NCBI GenBank assembly: GCA_965243135.1
Contig: OZ251539.1
Coordinates: 608,001 to 672,000 of the forward strand
Reading direction: 5' to 3'
Length of the DNA: 64,000 bases
DNA from: Alphaproteobacteria bacterium
GTDB taxonomy: Bacteria; Pseudomonadota; Alphaproteobacteria; MPNO01; UBA830
Position numbers and translations under genes: made by a program. This document shows, piece after piece, positions 19,079 through 31,404 of the stretch (positions within the stretch are counted from its first letter, which is position 1; every line of letters starts with the position of its first letter). The notes beneath the pieces were generated by a model, which saw only the letters and a list, made by a program, of their open reading frames with translations, was not told the DNA's origin and did not search any database.

Positions 19079-19509
19079 GACGATGACTCCGTTGTGCCGA
19101 CCCGGCGAATATAGTGCGAACCAGTTCGCGGGGCGAACCAGACAATTTGCGAACCCGGCGTTCGGACAGAAATCGTTTTAAGGTCGACGGCACCTGCGGA
19201 AGTCAAGTCGAGACGGCAGGATAGATGGGTCATTGTACCGAAACGCCGGAGTTCCCGATCCGCAAGGCGCATCGATCGGAAGGGGTCGGCAGCGCGTTCG
19301 GTCGGGCTACGTTTTGCGTATCGTAAACGCCCGGCCTTGCGTGTGTCCCTTCAGCTGGTGCCCCTAGCCTCTTTTCGCAGGCGAACGCGCCTCCACGGAA
19401 AACCGAACCGCAGCCATACGGACGGACGTGCATGGCCCGCCGCCTGCCCAATGTGCCGAAGCCGACCGCAAGCGTAAAAAATATTTGCTTGGTCTGCTCG
19501 CGATGCGGA

Positions 19510-20191
19510 ATTCCGGGTAAGCGACATGAACCTTGCGTTGTTGACAACGAAAAGTCCGCTGGCGGTGCTCCCAACCGATGAACTTGTCCCGCGGCGCGAT
19601 CTTCCAGGCTGCGGCGCCGAGCACGTCCAGCGGTTCGCCCTCTGCGGAGTGGACGAAGTGCTGCGCACCATGCATGCGCGTAAAGCCGAGGTAGCGGGAA
19701 GGCCGCCTCTGGAACGAGTTCGTCGCTCGCTACCTCGGCCACTCGACGCTGCCCGCGGGCGCTACTTCGTCCGGGCCGCCGACGGCGAAGCCCTCGCTGC
19801 CCTCGGCGCCGCAGCCTGGAAGATCGCGCCGCAGGACAAGTGCCTGGGATCCGAAACCCGCCGCCGCAACCTGCCGCTGGTGGTCAGCAACGCCAGAGCC
19901 CTGCCCTGGCCAGGAACCTCGCGTCCCATGTCCTCACCCTGGACGAACGGCGGCTGCCCGACGACTGGGAGTCCCGCTACGCTCCGGTCCTGCTCAAGAC
20001 CTTCTGCGAAACGCCGCGCTTCGCAGGAACCTGCTACCGGACAGCCAGCAAGGTCGGCGCGACCCAAGGCCGCGACAAGCTCGATATCCGGCGTGAACGT
20101 GTTCTCCCGGTCAAGGATGCTGAAACCCCTGCGGCAGGACTGGAAGCGGATCCTCAAAAAATAGATCGTTACTTGACGAGCGAACGCTTAC
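19510..20191. pseudogene. Two head-to-head degenerate DUF4338 fragments plus the right IR of an IS66-DUF4338 element
   Basis: GAAAWKIAP(R/Q)DK on both strands; RRLPDDW..RY.PVLL.TFCE; AGCGAACGCTTAC at 20179-20191 matches the IR at 32287-32299. Confidence 0.8.
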
Positions 20192-20687
20192 AAATATCCT
20201 CACTTTCAGAGCATTGATTTGATCCGGCCGTTTCGATTTAGCATGGCAATCTATGGTCGGAGTATCTGCTGGAAATAACAATCATGAAATAACAGTCCTT
20301 GCAGCTTGATAACGCAACACTCTATGCAATTTTAGCCATATGAGATCCACACCGACCGCGGACTGCGGATAGGTCATGGACAGCGGCATCCATGTCTACC
20401 CGTGCCATGCGGACAAAATCGCGCCTAACCCGACCGTTTCGCGTCTCGGGGTCGTACTTCACGAAATGTCAGTCGAGCCATTCCTGCTGCGCGGTTTTTC
20501 GGCAGATACGCCAACACATCCCGTCAGAACGAGAGCGGTCAAGAGAGCTGTGAAGATGTGCTTCCTAAGAATTCTCTTCTCTGTTGCGCTGATTCCCCGC
20601 AAGACGCAAGACTATCCTGCGGGAAGCTCCAAGCTCCGCGACCTTCCTTGGTGGCGGGACGGGCTGATTGTTGATCCTTTAGTTACA

Positions 20688-21074
20688 TCAACGACATTCT
20701 CTCATACGATGGTCATACTCGTTCTCGTCACATATTTCTCCACTGTAACCGTTCCAGACGAGGATTTGTCTCCCATACAGGCTATAGCAACCATACCCTT
20801 TCGTGATCCAGATCCCATCCCCAATCTCGATGAGGCCATCATCCTCGTTCGGATTATACACTTCATACACCCCCCGTTTGAGATCAGTCTCTCGGTAGAA
20901 TGTTGCGAACATGGTATTTTCCATACCATACATCCCCTTCATGTGAGTTACGCCCGAGAGAGAGACTTCTTGGAGGATTGGTGTATCGACACTACAGGCG
21001 TGTGATTGTCCTACTGCTACAGACAACAGCGTGAATACGGATCCGATAAAATGAGAAAAGTTGGTGCGCTTCAT
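20688..21074 (-). CDS. Small hypothetical secreted protein
   Basis: MKRTNFSHFIGSVFTLLSVAVGQSHA signal-like N-terminus; AT-rich, several Cys. Confidence 0.45.
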   Translation of the reverse strand: MKRTNFSHFIGSVFTLLSVAVGQSHACSVDTPILQEVSLSGVTHMKGMYGMENTMFATFYRETDLKRGVYEVYNPNEDDGLIEIGDGIWITKGYGCYSLYGRQILVWNGYSGEICDENEYDHRMRECR

Positions 21075-21269
21075 GTTGGCGTTTCCTGTATTGTGCCTCG
21101 GTTGTATCCAAGGCTTCGTGCAACATCTGCACGACTCATGGTATACGGCATCTTGGGGACGTGTCAAGTTCGAGTCCGTGTATGGGTGTACGTCAATTTC
21201 TTGAGATTTGCATTGACGCCAAGGAGAGCCTACATTTTCTGTATGTGCTAATAACATACAGGATGCGCC

Positions 21270-21582
21270 ATGTCCACATCCCAAGACTTGGAAACCCTTC
21301 TGCAACATCGCGCCGACGTTCTCCGTCAGTTGTCCGAAATCGGAGATCTTCGCCAAGGATCCCTCACCACCCAATACCGCAAGCAAACCCGGTTGCCATT
21401 GCGCAAAGGGACCGGGGCATGGGCCGTACCTTCAACTGACTCGAAAGGTGAATGGCAAGACGCGATGCAGGTCCATTCCGGCCGCTGGGGAAGTCGCGTG
21501 CAGGAGTACAAGCGGCTCCGTAAACTGGTCCAGCAATTGGTAAGCGACCAGATATGTGACGCGCGATTGGACCGTTCTCGCG
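21270..21582 (+). pseudogene. DUF6788-like IS accessory ORF, frameshifted
   Basis: IGDLRQGSL..QYRK, then KPGCHCAKGPGHGPY in a shifted frame. Confidence 0.7.
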
Positions 21583-23171
21583 GGGTGTGAATCTCGTATG
21601 GAAAAAATATCCTTCAGTGCCTAAGCTGCGATGACGCTTCTCCCCTGGTTGTCGTTCGCGGCCCAGGCCCCGACCATCGCTTCCCATGCTTGTTCGAAAC
21701 GGCCGGGCAGCGCTCTGAAGGTAAGGATGTTTTGACCGCCTTCAACGCTCCAACGCATGCCGGCCCGCTTCATGCGTTGGAGCGACCAGCACTTTGTTGG
21801 CTGCCTCAACCACGCCTGACCCAATAGCGTAGCCTCCGGCCTTCAGGACCGCATAGCGCATGCGACGCCGGTGCTTCTGGAAAAACCTCAGTTCGCGTTC
21901 AAGATCCTTGAGCGCCGTCGCTGTCGTCGCTCTGTCTCGAAGATGGCGGATCGCCGACCTTGTCCACGCCTTTGGCGTCGTCAAGCAGGACCTTGCGGTA
22001 TTTTTCGTACCAGCCGGCCGCGACCGCATGGTCGGCAACAACACCGAGATGCTCGCATGCATGAAAAAAATCGACGGCCTGCTCGTCACGCGCCTTCGAG
22101 AAATGTCCAATTGTCGACGGCAGCATCGGCAACGGCAACGAGTCGGAGGTCGGGCCGCGTTTCCCGTAGCGACTTCTGAGCTGCGACTTCAGTGTGACCT
22201 TGCCAGCCTCCGGCATCTGTGCAAAATACAACGTATTCAGACGGTTACCATCATGGAAACTGATCGTGCGACGCCTCGCGCCAGCACGCTTCCTTGCGCT
22301 CTTCGTCTGGCTGCATCGCAACCATGACGCCATCGAGTGAGACAGCGAACGAAACCGCTTCCGCCTGCGTTGCCTTGCGAATCTCGTCCAAAGCCGCCTC
22401 ACCCTTTTCTTTCCAGAGTTTGCCCGCCGTCGCGGAGAGACGCTGGAGGTGGCTCGCCGACGGATTCATGCCGCCCAGCTTTCGAAAGAGTTCCGCCGCG
22501 TCCCTCGGCGTGCAGTGGTCGACAACCAGGAGAGCACGGTAAGCCGCTGGAATCGTTAAATAACCGTCGATCAACCCCAGGCTGTCATCGACGGGCACAA
22601 CGGTTCCCGGGAACATGCGGTAGCGCGAGCGGGAGAACGTTACCTGACCAAACAATGTATTGATGGTTTTCCGCGTCGGCGGCATCCTGTAACAGACTTG
22701 ACCGTCCCTCCGCGACGGGCCGTCCCTCTCGTCCCTTGCCTCAATGTAATCGCACAGCGCAGTGCGGCAGACCGCAAAGGCCTTCTCCATCAACTCGGCC
22801 TCGAAGCCGGCGAACGCCTCGGAACCTTGGTCCTGCTGACTGATCCGCTCGCGAATGAACGCTGCGGCTGACCGGAACGCCTCGACGGTCGCGGCAGGCA
22901 GACCGGAAAAATCAATGGACAAATCAGTGGAAGACTGCGAGACTGACATGGGAATGCTCCTGATGTTGGGGTTTCAATGACAACATTCTACCGCATTTTG
23001 CGGTCTGGAGCATTCCCTTTTTTGCCCCCCCCCGACCCGCTGCCCGTGACAAAATTCCCGCCTGGGTCGGCTCATTGTCACGAAAATGATGATTCCGACG
23101 ATAAGGCCCTTGGCCCTGGTCATATAAATCTTTCAGAATCAACGCATTACGGGCTTTAGGTTTTACCATGC

Positions 23172-24803
23172 CAGAAATTCCCGCTAACTCGTAGTGGTCC
23201 TGCTAAATGCAAAGGACTCTCTCGACAGGAGGCACGACCGTCAGGACAGACGTCTAACGTTCGGCTTTATGGCCGAGCTTTCGTTGGTTATGTTTCCCCC
23301 TGAAGAACCTGCTACACACTTCGAAAATTTATTATGTCAGGAAGTATCGTAAGGTTCCAAAATCGGTTTCTTATATCCGAACGCTATCGCACGATAAAGC
23401 GTTTCCCAGCTTGGTAGTGAAAAGTTGAAGAACATAGCCCTCAACTTCTCCCACAAGTAGATGGAACGCTCGGCTTTCTTCCGTGCTCTTTGAAACAGAT
23501 TGCAACATCTCTGCTGAATCTGATCGATCAGGAAAGCCAGCATCATCAAGTTAGCAAAGACATTCGACAGATGCTTGTAACCATGACCGAAGTTGTGTTC
23601 GAAGTTGTAACCTTGGTTCTTCAGGGTGTTGAAGGTCTCGTTTTCGATACGCCAACGCGCACGTCCGGCGCGCATTATCTCCATCAGGTTGTGATCTCCT
23701 ACTGGCAGATCCGTAACCCAAGAGAAGCGTTGCTTTCTGCCGTCGGGATGCTTTTCCCAGTATTCAACAAAGTTGACTTCAAGGTCGAAATTCGCATCGT
23801 TGAGTGGTGCCTTGTTAAGATATCTGAATTCGTGCATTATACCTTCTTTATCGGAGAATTCAGCACGTTTCACAGATCGTGACCTGTCCACTAAATCAAA
23901 CAAAAATTTATGATCTCCCGGCTTCGCGCCCAGTATGAAGCGAAGGTTCAACTCCTTGAGATGCTTGACATGCGGGCCGTTCGAGGCAAGTCCGTCTTCT
24001 ACCACTATCAATTTCAAAAACGGATGCTCCCGCCGCACATCGCGCAACAGTCGTGTCGCTGCGTTGCGTTCGCAATCGTTTTTCTTCTTTCCATCTTTCT
24101 TGGTAATCGGCTCCGGTGCAAGAGGGAAAACTTCCTTTTGGCGCACGAGAACTGCCCCCAGCATCTGGTGGTAGTACGTGATTGTTCCGTTCCTGTGATG
24201 CTTTTCACAGCAGCTTTTACAGTGCACCTTGTGAGATGAAAAATATCCCGTTCCGTCAACGGATAAAAGATAATGCCCGCCTAGACAGGTGTAACCTTCC
24301 AGACCCTTTCCACGCTGAAGCAACTGGAACATCTTCGTGAAAGCGGGACGTAAACTACGGGGGTCCACGTCGTCCAGACGCTCGCGCAACCTGCTGTCGG
24401 AAGGCGCTCTCTCTATCCCGTACAACGTCGCAAGATTATTGCGAACCGTTTCATCAAAACGTGCGTCGCGATCAAACTTTAAAAGAGATTTGTACTTCAA
24501 ACCAAATACCGCAATCCCCGACATCAGGCAGTCCGAAAGAGCGACGCCTCGACTCGCCGTCAGATCCTCAATGCCGTCAAAAACCTCCCGGAGCGCCTTC
24601 AGCAATCCCGGAGCGCTGAGCGTCTTGCGCATGCCTGGCATTCTGGCCATTTTGGTACAATCCCGCCTCGCCTTCGGACCACTTTCCAGAGAAAGATGCT
24701 CCGCTCGAAGGCAAATAGCCCCGAATCACCTCGAAAAGTCTACGAAAAATTTTTTTCGGACTCCATATTTTCCACGGGTTTCGAGCCTTAGCGGGAATTG
24801 CTG
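23172..24803 (-). mobile_element. ISNCY (ISMae2-like) element, copy 1
   Basis: IRs CAG(A/C)AATTCCCGCTAA; 9-bp TSD TTACCATGC. Confidence 0.9.
23337..24650 (-). CDS. DDE transposase, 437 aa
   Basis: LSVDGTGYFSS, VVEDGL, RARWRIENETFNTLK; near-identical to 27387-28706. Confidence 0.92.
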   Translation of the reverse strand: MARMPGMRKTLSAPGLLKALREVFDGIEDLTASRGVALSDCLMSGIAVFGLKYKSLLKFDRDARFDETVRNNLATLYGIERAPSDSRLRERLDDVDPRSLRPAFTKMFQLLQRGKGLEGYTCLGGHYLLSVDGTGYFSSHKVHCKSCCEKHHRNGTITYYHQMLGAVLVRQKEVFPLAPEPITKKDGKKKNDCERNAATRLLRDVRREHPFLKLIVVEDGLASNGPHVKHLKELNLRFILGAKPGDHKFLFDLVDRSRSVKRAEFSDKEGIMHEFRYLNKAPLNDANFDLEVNFVEYWEKHPDGRKQRFSWVTDLPVGDHNLMEIMRAGRARWRIENETFNTLKNQGYNFEHNFGHGYKHLSNVFANLMMLAFLIDQIQQRCCNLFQRARKKAERSIYLWEKLRAMFFNFSLPSWETLYRAIAFGYKKPILEPYDTS

Positions 24804-26196
24804 TTACCATGCCAGATTTACACCCTTCTCGCGGCGACGAAGTAAAAAAAAGCCTTCGAGGCTGTCGTCGCGGCGGAAGCATCGTCCGAGATAAACTGCC
24901 TGGTCGGGGACGGTGTGACGGACGACATGGAGGCTGTCGAAACCGCGGCGAAGCAGGCGGAGATCGGCGCCCGTGCCGTTGCCAAGCGGTTCAACCGTTC
25001 CGACCACGTTGGACCTTCAATCGCATGCGCGTCGTGTGGAGGAGAGGCCCACGGGCCGGCGACCGAAAACCTTCACAACGGCGTTGGGCGAAGTTCGACC
25101 GGGCTTACTACCGCTGCAACGCTTGCAACACCGGGATCTGCCCACGAGACCGGGCGATGAACAAAACCTCGCTTTCCCCGCTGCCACGCGCATGGTCGGG
25201 TTCGCGGCCTCGCAGCTTCACAATGGCCAGTGGCATAATGAAGGAGTTGGCAGGGCTGAAGATCGACCCCAAGATGGTCGAACGTGCCGCCGAGGCTCTC
25301 GGCACCGAGATTGCAGAGGATGAACGCCAGAGGGTCGAGGTCGAACCACCGTCCGGACCGACCATGTATGTCGGCATGGACGGTACCGGGGTGCCGGCTC
25401 GCCCGCGAGAAGGCCGTCCAGGCAAGCAACCGGACGGTTCTTCCAAGACCCGCGAGGCCAAACTCGTCACCGTGTGGACGGCCGAAAAACAAAGCGAAGG
25501 GACGCCCGCGCAGGGTTCGGCTCCGTCGGCATCGAAAGCGCCGCGACCACCGACAAGGAACTGTCGCCTTTCGCTCAACGGGTCGAGCGCGAAGCACGCC
25601 GTCGCGGCTTCTACGACGCCGAGCGACGCGTGGTCCTGGGAGATGGAGCGCTCTGGGAACATCGCCGACGAACTGTTCCCCGACGCCACCCCCTGTTCCA
25701 TGCGAAACAACACCTGTGGAGCAGGGCGAAGGAAATCTACGGTGACGGAGATCTTGCGAAGGCATGGGCGAAAAAGCAGTGCGACGCCCTTGAAGACGGT
25801 CAGGTCGACAAGGTCATCGCGGCTCTCCGCAAGCACGGCGCTGCAGGCTACCTGGAACGGAACCGCACGCGCATGCAGTATGCAAAGTTCCGTGCGCAGG
25901 GTTTGCCTCCGGCGTCGTCGAGGCCGGTTGCAAAAGAACGGTCGGCAACCGTCTGAAACGGGGGCGGTGGATCGTTCGGGGCGCGGACGCCGCACTCCGG
26001 TGCTGCATGCTCAGCGGGCGCTTCGAGGATTTCTGGGAACGGCGGGCGGCATAACAAATTTGACGTACACCCTCCGTGTATTAAGCCATTAATCAGTTTG
26101 ACCCATTCTCTCCATTGACTCCTTGATTTGTGTTTGTCACAACGCACTAGCGTCTTGAAGGATGTGGCAGAAATCAGAAAAAATTCACAATTCCGC

Positions 26197-26700
26197 CAGA
26201 AATTCCCGCTAAGGTGGCCGCCCTTTGCGAAAGGCGCGTCGAGATAGCGTCGTTATCGAGGAACCGAGGAACCAGCTGTCGCGACACACCTTTCCCGCTT
26301 CGGCTCGGCACCGACATAGCTTTGACTACCCTGCTTCCCCTGAAGAACCTGCTTTGGCATACTCGGTCACGGTGCTAGTCAGGAGGTTGGAATTCCCACT
26401 GCTGTCCGGTGTCCAAACGCGATCATAGAGCGTCTCCCAGTCCTTCAGGAGGTAGTTGAGGAACAATCCCCACACCGTTTCCCAGAAGTAACTGGGCCGC
26501 TTGGACTTCGTTTGTGCCTGTTGGAACAGCTTGCAACATCGCTGTTAAATCTGGCAGGGACGCCAGCATCAACGCAAAGACAGTCGACAAATTCTTGTTA
26601 CCGTGACCGAAGTTGTGCTCAAAGTAGTAGCCTTGGTTTTTCAGAGTGTCGAAAGTTTCAGTCCTTCCAGTGCCCTCGCCCGGTGCGCAACTCCATTCTC
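26197..26700 (-). pseudogene. Diverged ISMae2-like 3' remnant with IR
   Basis: CAGAAATTCCCGCTAA at 26197; ETFDTLKNQGYYFEHNFGHG. Confidence 0.75.
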
Positions 26701-27233
26701 TTCGTTGATGGGCAGAACCTAGGAGAACATTGTTTCTTATCGTTTGGACGCTTCTTGCTTTAGCGTGGAAAGGGCCTGGAAGGTTATACATGCGGGCATT
26801 ATCTTTTATCTGTTGACGAAACAGGATATTTTTCATCTCACGAGGTACACTGTAAAATCTGTTGTGAAAAGCATCACAGGGACGGAACAATCATGTACTA
26901 TCATCAGATGTTGGGGCAGTTCTCGTACATCCGGAACACAAGAAGGATTTTCCTCTTGCACCGGAACCGGAACCGATCACTAAGAGCCTGATTGAAAACT
27001 ATCGGGTGGCCTTGTGGTATCCACAAGGTACCGTAACCCTATATGTGGAGACCGCCATGCCTTGGGACAAGGCCACCCGAAAGAAGTATACCCGAAAGAC
27101 GGGGCGAGCGACCTTACGAATGCGGAATGGGAGGCTGTCGCGCCTCTTCTCCCGGCTCCTGCCGCTACGGGCCGTCCTCTCGAAAGCGACCAGAGAGAGA
27201 TCCTGAACGCGATCCAGTATGGCGACGGGCTGT

Positions 27234-28876
27234 CAGCAATTCCCGCTAAGGCTCGAAACCCGTGGAAAATATGGAGTCCGAAAAAAATTTTTCGTAGACT
27301 TTTCGAGGTGATTCGGGGCTATTTGCCTTCGAGCGGAGCATCTTTCTCTGGAAAGTGGTCCGAAGGCGAGGCGGGATTGTACCAAAATGGCCAGAATGCC
27401 AGGCATGCGCAAGACGCTCAGCGCTCCGGGATTGCTGAAGGCGCTCCGGGAGGTTTTTGACGGCATTGAGGATCTGACGGCGAGTCGAGGCGTCGCTCTT
27501 TCGGACTGCCTGATGTCGGGGATTGCGGTATTTGGTTTGAAGTACAAATCTCTTTTAAAGTTTGATCGCGACGCACGTTTTGATGAAACGGTTCGCAATA
27601 ATCTTGCGACGTTGTACGGGATAGAGAGAGCGCCTTCCGACAGCAGGTTGCGCGAGCGTCTGGACGACGTGGACCCCCGTAGTTTACGTCCCGCTTTCAC
27701 GAAGATGTTCCAGTTGCTTCAGCGTGGAAAGGGTCTGGAAGGTTACACCTGTCTAGGCGGGCATTATCTTTTATCCGTTGACGGAACGGGATATTTTTCA
27801 TCTCACAAGGTGCACTGTAAAAGCTGCTGTGAAAAGCATCACAGGAACGGAACAATCACGTACTACCACCAGATGCTGGGGGCAGTTCTCGTGCATCCGG
27901 AACAAAAGGAAGTTTTCCCTCTTGCACCGGAGCCGATTACCAAGAAAGATGGAAAGAAGAAAAACGATTGCGAACGCAACGCAGCGACACGACTGTTGCG
28001 CGATGTGCGGCGGGAGCATCCGTTTTTGAAATTGATAGTGGTAGAAGACGGACTTGCCTCGAACGGCCCGCATGTCAAGCATCTCAAGGAGTTGAACCTT
28101 CGCTTCATACTGGGCGCGAAGCCGGGAGATCATAAATTTTTGTTTGATTTAGTGGACAGGTCACGATCTGTGAAACGTGCTGAATTCTCCGATAAAGAAG
28201 GTATAATGCACGAATTCAGATATCTTAACAAGGCACCACTCAACGATGCGAATTTCGACCTTGAAGTCAACTTTGTTGAATACTGGGAAAAGCATCCCGA
28301 CGGCAGAAAGCAACGCTTCTCTTGGGTTACGGATCTGCCAGTAGGAGATCACAACCTGATGGAGATAATGCGCGCCGGACGTGCGCGTTGGCGTATCGAA
28401 AACGAGACCTTCAACACCCTGAAGAACCAAGGTTACAACTTCGAACACAACTTCGGTCATGGTTACAAGCATCTGTCGAATGTCTTTGCTAACTTGATGA
28501 TGCTGGCTTTCCTGATCGATCAGATTCAGCAGAGATGTTGCAATCTGTTTCAAAGAGCACGGAAGAAAGCCGAGCGTTCCATCTACTTGTGGGAGAAGTT
28601 GAGGGCTATGTTCTTCAACTTTTCACTACCAAGCTGGGAAACGCTTTATCGTGCGATAGCGTTCGGATATAAGAAACCGATTTTGGAACCTTACGATACT
28701 TCCTGACATAATAAATTTTCGAAGTGTGTAGCAGGTTCTTCAGGGGGAAACATAACCAACGAAAGCTCGGCCATAAAGCCGAACGTTAGACGTCTGTCCT
28801 GACGGTCGTGCCTCCTGTCGAGAGAGTCCTTTGCATCTGATTTAGCAGGACCACTACGAGTTAGCGGGAATTTCTG
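27234..28876 (+). mobile_element. ISNCY (ISMae2-like) element, copy 2 (intact)
   Basis: IRs CAGCAATTCCCGCTAA / TTAGCGGGAATTTCTG; 9-bp TSD ACGGGCTGT. Confidence 0.92.
27387..28706 (+). CDS. DDE transposase, 439 aa
   Basis: Uninterrupted ORF between IRs with DDE motifs. Confidence 0.93.
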   Translation: MARMPGMRKTLSAPGLLKALREVFDGIEDLTASRGVALSDCLMSGIAVFGLKYKSLLKFDRDARFDETVRNNLATLYGIERAPSDSRLRERLDDVDPRSLRPAFTKMFQLLQRGKGLEGYTCLGGHYLLSVDGTGYFSSHKVHCKSCCEKHHRNGTITYYHQMLGAVLVHPEQKEVFPLAPEPITKKDGKKKNDCERNAATRLLRDVRREHPFLKLIVVEDGLASNGPHVKHLKELNLRFILGAKPGDHKFLFDLVDRSRSVKRAEFSDKEGIMHEFRYLNKAPLNDANFDLEVNFVEYWEKHPDGRKQRFSWVTDLPVGDHNLMEIMRAGRARWRIENETFNTLKNQGYNFEHNFGHGYKHLSNVFANLMMLAFLIDQIQQRCCNLFQRARKKAERSIYLWEKLRAMFFNFSLPSWETLYRAIAFGYKKPILEPYDTS

Positions 28877-29637
28877 ACGGGCTGTCAGTGGAGAAGCCTA
28901 CCCCATTGTTTTCCAAACGTTTCCACGGTGCGCTACCATTTCTACAAGTGGTGTCGGGAAGGCGTTTTTCCAGAAATTTTGGAAACGTTGCGTCGCAAGA
29001 TACGAGAGCTGGAAGGGCGTGGAGCCGACAGCAGGCGTGATCGATAGCCAGAGCGTGAAGACGACGGAAGCCGGTGGAGTGAACGGCGCTGGAAAGAAGG
29101 TGAAGGGACGAAAACGTCACCTGATTGTCGATATACTTGGCTTGCCGCTTGCAACGAATGTCCATGCGGCAAACGTTCAGGATCGCGACGGCGCAGTGGA
29201 TCTGATCGTCAACCTGGCGAAAAACGTCGCGTCCGTGGAAAAATTATACGCGGATGGTGCCTACTCGGGACCCAAGCTCCAGAAAGCGCTCGGCGAGCTG
29301 CCGCTCGAAATCGAGATCGTAAAGAAGGAATCTCAAGGGTTTAAGCTACTTCCCAAGCGTTGGGTGGTCGAACGGACATTCGCTTGGTGCGGTCGATGTC
29401 GGTGCCTTGCCAAGGACTTCGAAAAATTGCTGAGTGTCTCTCTTGCGTGGTTGCAACTGGCGCTGGTGATGCTGCGTCGGCTTGGACGTGCTTCGGAGGC
29501 AGGAAAAGCTATATAAATCCGTAAGTTACTGAAAAATAAGGGTTCTGAATCAGGCTGTAAGCGTTCGCTACCCGGGGGACGAAAAAAATTTGCCCCGGGG
29601 ACTGGAAACGATTCGCTGACCCCTGTATATCGCCTTC

Positions 29638-31404
29638 ATGGAGTTGGCGACACCAGATTTTAGCTTCGAAGCGACCGACCGACAGTGGGCCTTGCTGCTG
29701 GCAATGACCCTCCGGCAGCGGGACGAGGCGATTCGGCAGCGCGACGAGGCGCGCCAGGAGGCGGAGGCGTCGCGCTGGAAGGAGGTAAGCGCTCGTCAGC
29801 AGGCAACGTTCTGGAAGGCGCAACACAGCCGATCGCGGGCGCGTGCAGAGGCGGCGCGCAACGAGCTGAAACGCCTGAAGTCGGCCTCTTCGGTGAACGA
29901 GCTCAAGCGGGAAGCGGGCCGCCTTCGGCACGATCTTGCGAAGCTGAGGAAGCGACTCGACGAGACGCGAGAACGCCCGCCTGAAGGCGCGCAACCGCAA
30001 GCTTGTTCAGGACAAGTTCGGTCGCAAGAGCGAGCGCACCCGCCGCTCGCGGAAGGGCGGCGCGGAACGGGAGGCCCGGCGTCGTCGGGGACGACAGCCC
30101 GGGTCGCCGTCGCACGGACGCACGCCTCGCGAGGATTTGCCGGTAGAGGTAGAGGTCATTGAACCCGGGGAATGCCACTGCCCGAACTGCGGCAAGCCTT
30201 ACGCGAGAAACGGAGAAAAGGTCACCGAGTTCGTCGAGGTCGAGGTTCGCGCCTACAAGCGGCGTTGCCGTCGGCCCCGGTACCGCTCGACATGCTCGTG
30301 CGCACCGAAGCAGGAGGTAGTCGCGCCGCCGGCACCGCGGCTGTTCGCGAACACGCGGCCTGAGCGTCTGGAACTGGTTTCTGACCGAGACTTACGCCCT
30401 TCACCGTCCGTTGCGGTCGTTACCGCGACAGTTGTCGATGTTCGACTTCGAAGTCTCGCCGGGTACGCTGGGGGACAGCGTCAAGCGCTTCGTGCCCTTG
30501 TTCGCGCCGCTGGCCGATGCGATTATCGAACAGCAAGCAACGGCTAGCCCACGGCGACGAGACGAGCTGGAGGGTTCACGTCCGCGGCGAGGAAGGCGAG
30601 AATCCCCGCAGTTGGCTTTGGGTTTGCCAGACCCCGGACGCCGTGAGGATGATCGTCGACCCTTCCCGCAGCGCAGCGGCGGCGCAGAAGTTGTTCGGAG
30701 GCCTCGGCGTCGACGAGCCGGTCTATCGCGACCGGTACTCCGCTTACAAGAAGCTGGCGAAGGATCTGCCGAACCAGTTCGTGCTCGTTTACTGTTGGGC
30801 GCATGTACGCCGCGACTTCATGAACATCGGGGTTGGGCGCCCTGACATGAAGTCTTTCGGCGATGAGTGGGTAGCCAAGATCGCGACCCTGTATGGTTGG
30901 AATGCCGAGCGGTCGCGGCACTGGATCTCCGGGGCGAGAGAACAAACCGCTGCCTTCTACGAGGCGCAACGGGAGCTTGAGAGCAGCACATTCTTCGACG
31001 ATGTGCGGCGGCAACTCGGCGACCTGCCGGAGGAGGCGCCGCAGCGCAAGCCGTTGCAGTCCCTGCTGCGTCATCGCGAAGGCTTGAAGGTCTTCGTCGA
31101 CAATCCGGCTGTGCCGATGGACAACAATCTTGCCGAGCGCGCCCTGCGCGGCGCGGCCGTTGGGCGCAAGCTCTCGTTCGGCTCGTTCAGCGAGGCAGGA
31201 GCGCAACTGACCGGGCTACTCTTCTCCATATTCGGCACGCTCGAACTGGCCGGCCTCTCGCCGCGCCACTGGCTCCGCGATTATCTGCAAACCTGCGCCG
31301 AGCGTGGCGGACGAGCGCCCGAAGAGGCGCATGCCTGGCTTCCCTGGGGTGCCGACCCGGAGCGCGTCCGCGCCTGGCGCAACCAGCTTCCCCAAGGACC
31401 GTGA
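29638..31404 (+). pseudogene. IS66 TnpC-like transposase, frameshifted
   Basis: Coiled-coil N-terminus, CPNCG zinc finger, HGDETSW, DRYSAY, CWAHVRRDF, DNNLAERALR spread over several frames. Confidence 0.88.

Larger units (their letters stand above)
21583..24825 (-). mobile_element. Inner ISKra4/IS256-superfamily-like element, degenerate transposase ~21622-22949
   Basis: Imperfect IRs GGGTGTGAATCT / AGATTTACACCC; 8-bp TSD TTCTCGCG (21575-21582, 24826-24833); SLDGVMV, DFFHACEHL, IGSGVVEAANK, MKRAGMRWS. Confidence 0.85.
21184..26072 (+). mobile_element. Outer ISKra4-family-like element (DUF6788 ORF plus transposase), degenerate and interrupted
   Basis: IRs GGGTGTACGTCAA / TTGACGTACACCC; 9-bp TSD TCCGTGTAT (21175-21183, 26073-26081); transposase remnants YVGMDGTGVP, KTREAKL, VVLGDGA. 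Confidence 0.85.

Noticed and set aside
19100-19500. 6S RNA, tRNA or riboswitch upstream of folE
   Set aside because: No cloverleaf or recognisable consensus found by eye
23172-28876. Composite transposon formed by the twin IS copies
   Set aside because: Each copy has its own distinct TSD, so they inserted independently
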